Source: Rhodosorus marinus CCMP1338 (taxonomy: Eukaryota > Plantae > Rhodophyta). From it: a stretch of DNA of 64,000 nt. Position numbers and translations under genes: made by a program. Within the stretch, counting starts at the first letter, position 1. Each line of letters opens with the position of its first letter. Under the pieces are notes generated by a model. That model searched no databases and was not told where the DNA came from. It saw only the letters and a list, made by a program, of their open reading frames with translations. The DNA lies in the NCBI GenBank assembly GCA_029953675.1, contig JAMWBK010000012.1:1091868-1155867 (forward strand), written 5' to 3'. Below, piece after piece: positions 58,302 to 64,000 of the stretch.

Positions 58302-58619
58302 CAGGTATGAATCGTTATATAGTTTTACGCGTTCTGTATTTGTAAATAATATTTAATAATTATCCAGGGTTTCTTTTGTTTGAGGGTCGTACATGTTTTT
58401 TAATAGAATTGTGGGTGGATTGTTTTCCTGTAGGTTACCCCCTTTTTTTTCGACGACGGGGACAGTTGGGGGGGAGAGGGAGGATTCAATCTATAGGGAA
58501 TGGGTTGGATCGGTTGTTTTCTGTAGCTGGGGGATTGGCTGTCAATTATGGCATTCATCTGCTGCATTGCTCCATTATGATTGCTCTATTATTTACATGA
58601 TGGATAGGGCTGGGTAGAG

Positions 58620-58980
58620 TGTGTAATAGCCGGAGAGCTACTTCATGTGGCATGCGCGGTCAGCTATCCCACCTATGGCTAACCACTCTGCCCTGTACAC
58701 CAGGCCAACGACTGGACGCCTTCCAGTTCCGGACTGCGGCACGCATCTTGGGTTTGCCACAGGTCTCTTGGCATTCCAATCGCCCTTCCTTCTGCCAAGG
58801 TTGTGCGCGCCGTAACGACGGATGTGGGTACCATTGTCAGCAAAGAAACCCCTAATGGGTTGTGCGGCTACGTTCTAAGATAGGGACGATGTCATAGTCT
58901 GCTTCGTCGACATGACGAGCCTGGGTGGCAAGGATAGCGTTTCCTTTCCGTAGAGTGCGGTTCAAGATCGCCCGAGCCTC
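58620..58980. mobile_element. Family C-like fragment (+) fused to an inverted family A-type 3' end (-)
   Basis: MRGQLSHLWLTTLP..CQGC; 58838-58975 is the reverse complement of ~63320-63460. Confidence 0.75.
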
Positions 58981-58984
58981 ATTT

Positions 58985-61180
58985 ACTTGGCTTTATTGGA
59001 CTGGACTTTACTAGCATAGCCTGAAGCGCTACGCAAGGCGTGAAGATGAACTAATAACTAGGGAGGGAAGTATGCAACCCCAGGCGCCGATGGCGCGCCT
59101 CGGAAAGCATACTAGCATATTGGCATAGCCTACAGCGCTACGCAAACCGTGAAAAGGAACTAAGAACTAGATAGGGAAGCGTGCAAACCCCGGCAAGCAT
59201 GCTGCCCGAATATCGCCACAGAGAGACACTTAAGCGCCTCAAAAGTTCCAAGTATTCAACAGGATGCTCAGTGAAACATTTCCGCAACAACTCCAAACCC
59301 GACTTCTCCACGTGACCAAAGCTTTCCACAATGAAAGGCTGGAACCGGTGGGAGCGACCCTCAGCGCGAGGCAGGCAGGCCATACTCTCAGCATACCGTC
59401 GTTCCTTCACGCGGCGAAGGGCTGAAGCAGCTGCTCCCCGGCGGCGGGCGGCAGCCGTGAGATGGGGGCTTGCCACAGGGCATGTAATCGCGAGGTCAAC
59501 ATATGCTGAGCGTATGGGGGCAGCATCTCGGACGAGGAGATCTGCGATACAGCGGGGCGGTGCCCTATCCAAGACCGATCTGGGTAGTTCCGATTCCACC
59601 TCAACCGTATGCCCTACCCGAGTCAAACATTCGCTGAGAACGTGCTTGAGGCGAGTCTGACGCCTCGTACGAAGACCTCTCAACAGTCCGCATGAACCTC
59701 AGAAATGGTAACCACAAGCATCGATCCGACTCTCACATCCCTGACAGAAAGACGGCCGATTAGAGTGCCACGGAGCTTGTGGCAAACCCAGGTAAATCCG
59801 TGAGGCAGAGCGAAACTGGAAGGCATCCAGACGGTGACCCAGTGATGACGGCATGGTCGTTAACCACAAATGTGATAGATGGCCTCCCATGCCGCGGAGG
59901 CGAGCGGCGGTGGTAGGCGGTGTGAGTGGAGAGTTGAGCAAGATTGCGTGAGCGGCACTGTGTTGGCCCCAGGTGAGGCTATGTTGAATCACATCGGTGC
60001 GCGAGCTCTACGATCGGCTCAGACCCGGGTAATCGGCAACCAGTGACCCGGGGCTAGCTTCCCCCTCGTCGGCGAGTACTCTGTCGATGGGAGAGTCCTC
60101 GAGCGCCTCAGTTCGTCCCCATAACAGCTCCTTCCAGGAGCGAAATCTGGATCGGCTCTAGTCCGGCACGGCGTTGCACTTACTGACCGCCTGATGCAGA
60201 GCATCATAAATACTCAAAAGCGGTGGCGGAAGGGTCACAGGGTCTTCGCTAGTCAGTGCTCTAGCCAAAAGGCAAGCACTTCGCATTCGAAAACTCACGA
60301 AGGTGCGAAGTGCGGTAGCTCAGGAGGCGACCGCCGCTGCCGAGCATACGAGTCCACGGTCGGCCACTCCAAATCTGCCTAATCGTAAAGGTAGGACATT
60401 CTGGCCACGAATTAGGTCCCTGTCGGGAGCCGCTTCCACATCAAGGGGTTCATCCAGGAGCGTTCCCCAGTGCTTCAGCGTCGCCTCGTCCGCCTTGACT
60501 GCCATCCACGAGCCCCAGTGCGGTGGAAGGCTTCGCAGCCAGTAATTCAGTCGGGGGCCGGCACAAAAGCGGGAGAGCAGGCAGGCCGATTGGAGCATGC
60601 TATCCGGTAGGCGCTCAATGGCGTCGGTGAGCTGCTTATGGCGCGCTAAAACTCGTTCGCAAGAGTCTTGGACAAAGTTTTCACTCCCCAAACCGACGCC
60701 ATGGTGCTCGAGCCCCGCATGTTCACCAAGGGCCCGGAGACTAGGTGGCAGGGAGCCCCTCGAAACTTCACGCGGGCCGAGAAAACGGCATTTTTCGGGT
60801 TACACGGTTTGACCTACTCCACGTGCGAGTGTTTCGATCTGGGTCAGTCCCGGAGCCAAGTACTCAGGAGTGCCCAGTAACATCATGTCGTCATGGTAGG
60901 CACAGATGCGAAGCTCCGGCACCTCAGCCGCCAGTCGCTGGAGCACGAGCTGCCTCGCACATGCGTGAAGTACCGGCCTACAAGGATCACCCTGTTTAAC
61001 GCCAGTACTTGCTGCAAAAACAGATCCCTGTGTTGTCAAGTAACGGAGGCTCCCCCCTCCGTAAATACCGGATAGGAACGGCCACGCCTCCGAGAATCCC
61101 CTGCGAATCACCTCCAAAGCATGCGTCCGCGAGACGCTGTTGAACGCGTTACGGAAGTCAACTACCAAAACGCCCAATGC
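58985..61180 (-). mobile_element. Family C 3' end plus an older C-subfamily ORF2 fragment
   Basis: C tail and 3' UTR at 58985-59110; RLE, LPLRLG, AYHDD, GVKQGDP and VDFRNAFN. Confidence 0.88.
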
Positions 61181-61600
61181 CCAATGCAGATGGGAAAACT
61201 CCGAATGCTTCCAGACAGAAGGGGATGAAGATGTCGTCGTTGTGTTCTCCGATACTGTCACGGTATTGGGACTCTTTAACCATTTCCGCTTTGTGTGCCG
61301 CATACTGTGTCTCCCAAGACGCTTTGTATAGGTGTGTTCTTTGCAACGGCGAGGTCACCTTAACATCGATGACGTAGAGCTTGTCTGTTCGTGGGTGTCG
61401 AGCTAGGATGTCAGGCCCGAGCCGTTTGGTAGTGTCCAGTCGGTTCTACTGTCACTTCTAGTCGCCATTGTCTCAGCACTGTCGCCAGTGCATCCCTGAC
61501 CATATTGTGTCGAAGTGTCCAGCTCCCCAGACTAACGTAACCCCGTAGCCTTTATTCGGCAGCTACCTACCGCAGGGCCATATCACTACTCTATGTACCC
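61180..61600 (-). mobile_element. Inverted family A-type RLE fragment and an inverted A 3' UTR with a telomeric repeat (61525-61544)
   Basis: HLYKASWET..KESQYRDS..PFCLEAFG; CCCCAGACTAACGTAACCCC abuts the reverse complement of gcggtaggtagctgccgaataaaggcta. Confidence 0.82.
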
Positions 61601-61789
61601 CAGACACAAGTGTCCTTCAGCTGCTGGAAACCCTTATTGTAGTCGCCAGTAGTGATTCGTAGTTAGTCAGCTACCTGAGTGTTTAGGATCAAGGTTGGGT
61701 AGGATTAGGGTTTTCGCATCTGCGTGAACGTTTTCCCTAAACCTAAGCATCTCAGAGATAGAACGGCATATATATACGATCCTTGAAGG

Positions 61790-62510
61790 CACCAGGTATG
61801 GTTTGGTTCGAAATAAAGGGTTACGTCGAAGGAACGAACGCTCGTACCTTGCTTTGTTGACATCGATAACAGCGCAGGCTCCAACATCTCCTGTTACATC
61901 TGGTCATTGAGTGTTTTGGGTTGTGATTCCGTTGGCCTTACTGGCTTTCGGGAATCGTCCAACAGTTTGTCCTGAACGTCTCTCGTTCACCCGTCTAAAT
62001 TTCTTGGGGTAGCGCTTCCCTCGTCAATAGTTTCCTCTTTTTTTCCCCTCGGCTTGTTTTGCGTTTGTTTTTCTCAGTCTCAGACACACATTCATTCAGT
62101 TCCGAATGAGGGAGAGCATTGGAAAACTAGTCAATAGGAAAATCTTGGAATTAGAGGCTTCAGCAAAAATTCCAATTTTTTCGTTCGAAATAGAGGGTTA
62201 ACGTCGAAGCAAATAACGCCAAGTACCTTGTTTTGTTGACATAGATAACAGCCCATGCTCCAACAACACCTCCTGTTACCCATCTGGTCATTGAGTGTTT
62301 TGGATTTATGGATTCCCTTGGCCATATTGGCTTTCGGGAGTTGTCCAACGGCTTTACCCTGACCGTCTCTCCTCGTTGTTTACTGTCTAAATTTCTCTGG
62401 AACCAGTGCTGCCCTCGTCCGTGGTTCTTTTTTTCCCTCGCCTTGTTTTGTTTTTGTTTTATCAGGCTCAAACACATTCGTTCAGTTCGAATAAATTGAA
62501 GGAGAGAATT
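61790..62510 (+). mobile_element. Two tandem, degraded family B-like 3' ends
   Basis: Diverged direct repeats 61790-62130 and 62170-62540, ending in ttttttcccctcg...cattcattc or cattcgttc. Confidence 0.6.
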
Positions 62511-62639
62511 GGAAAAATAATCGATAAGAAAATCTTGGAATTTGAGTCCCATTTTTGAGCGCATTTCAATCTGCCAACGGTTTTTTTTCTGGTATTCCAA
62601 GTCGGCCTTTTCGCTGTTTCCCGACTCAGAAGTGGGGTC

Positions 62640-63518
62640 GATTGTGGCACGTCTCCCTCAGGGCAAGAGCCCAGGCCCTAGCGGACTCTGGGCGGAACAC
62701 ATACAAGGTGCAACTCAACATACACAAGTGGCATTGATTCGAGTACTGCGACAACTCGCAACCGCTTCGGAGAAATTCTCCCCGACTCTGACTCCCGCCC
62801 CTCGCAGCAGCAGACTCCTACCATTCGCGAAGCCAAACAAGGATCCGCACCCCAAGAAAACCCCGGCGTTCGGCCTATCGGCGCACAAGAGGTTCTACGA
62901 AAGATAGCGACGCAGTGGGCCCTTCGCGCTGTGGTCGACCGGGTGCGTGAGCTCCTGGTACCACTACAACTCGGTATTGGCGTCAGCGGCGGGTGTGAAC
63001 GCTCGCTACATGCGATCCAGGCCCACTTGTCATGCGAACCTCATTCAGCGGTCCTCAGGCTTGACCTGGAGAATGCATTTAACCGAAGTTCTGGGGGAAC
63101 ACACCTCCACAAAGCGTCTTGGGAGACCGGGTATGCGGCACGGAAAGCGGAAAAGTTTAAAGAGTCCAAATACCGTGACAGTATCGGAGAACATAACGAC
63201 GACATCTTCGTCCCCTTCTGCCTGGAAACATTTGGGCAGATGGGACAACAAGCGAGTGAGTTCCTCAAGGAAGCGACTATACACCTGGATCAGCGGGCAA
63301 CGCAAGTAAGTGAGGCTCGGGCGATCTTGAACCGCACTTTGTGGAAAGGAAACGCTATCCTTGCCACCCAGGCACGTCGTGTCGACGAAGCAGACTATGA
63401 CATCGTCCCTATCTTAGAACGTAGCCACACAACCCATTAGGGGTTTCTTTGCTGACCAATAGGATCCTTATTGCTTCTTAATGGGCTCCAATAGGGAGTT
63501 CTTCAGTAAAGTGTACGC
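62640..63518 (+). mobile_element. Terminal family A-type element: RT N-terminal half joined in frame to the RLE and 3' UTR
   Basis: PQGKSPGPSG...LDLENAFNR followed directly by HLHKASWET...PFCLETFG; the 3' UTR runs into the telomere. Confidence 0.85.
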
Positions 63519-64000
63519 GGTTACGTTAGTCTGGGGTTACGTTAGTCTGGGGTTACGTTAGTCTGGGGTTACGTTAGTCTGGGGTTACGTTAGTCTGGGG
63601 TTACGTTAGTCTGGGGTTACGTTAGTCTGGGGTTACGTTAGTCTGGGGTTACGTTAGTCTGGGGTTACGTTAGTCTGGGGTTACGTTAGTCTGGGGTTAC
63701 GTTAGTCTGGGGTTACGTTAGTCTGGGGTTACGTTAGTCTGGGGTTACGTTAGTCTGGGGTTACGGGGTTACGTTAGTCTGGGGTTACGTTAGTCTGGGG
63801 TTACGTTAGTCTGGGGTTACGTTAGTCTGGGGTTACGTTAGTCTGGGGTTACGTTAGTCTGGGGTTACGTTAGTCTGGGGTTACGTTAGTCTGGGGTTAC
63901 GTTAGTCTGGGGTTACGTTAGTCTGGGGTTACGTTAGTCTGGGGTTACGTTAGTCTGGGGTTACGTTAGTCTGGGGTTACGTTAGTCTGGGGTTACGTTA
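63519..64000 (+). repeat. Telomeric array (TTAGTCTGGGGTTACG)n, about 30 units
   Basis: Homogeneous G-rich tandem array at the window end with one short variant unit; no repeats beyond the window could be seen. Confidence 0.9.

Noticed and set aside
61525-61544. CCCCAGACTAACGTAACCCC, 1.25 units of the C-strand, resembling a telomerase RNA template
   Set aside because: It directly abuts an inverted family A 3' UTR, so it is explained as that element's telomeric flank; no independent ncRNA evidence
63519-64000. CRISPR-like or ordinary satellite interpretation of the terminal array
   Set aside because: There are no spacers; the units are contiguous, strand-biased and terminal

Overview
This is a eukaryotic chromosome end. 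The window finishes in about 30 copies of an unusual 16-nt repeat (TTAGTCTGGGGTTACG, 63519-64000, G-rich strand on +). The upstream subtelomere is a mosaic of three families of non-LTR retrotransposons carrying a restriction-like endonuclease (RLE), with CRE/SLACS/Cnl1/MoTeR-like ORF2 architecture. Family A lies mostly on +, is bounded by telomeric repeats, and joins them after GGGGTTA at its 5' end and inside GG(GG)TTACG at its 3' end. Family B lies mostly on -, has (TTCA/TTCG)n tails, and includes one full-length copy with a 15-bp target-site duplication (TSD). Family C lies mostly on -, has AGTAAAGTCC tails, and forms a six-member head-to-tail array of variably 5'-truncated copies. Also present are a chromodomain Ty3/gypsy element nested in A ORF1 (5-bp TSD), a copia remnant, and a low-complexity satellite. 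Five intronless host genes all have apparent signal peptides: an S1 sulfatase, two inverted Spondin_N genes, a probable beta-helix protein and a small Cys-containing protein. Gene content and lack of introns suggest a compact algal genome, possibly a red alga; this is inference only. Several 1-bp frameshifts could be long-read errors. No database searches or folding programs were run, and family names A/B/C are mine.
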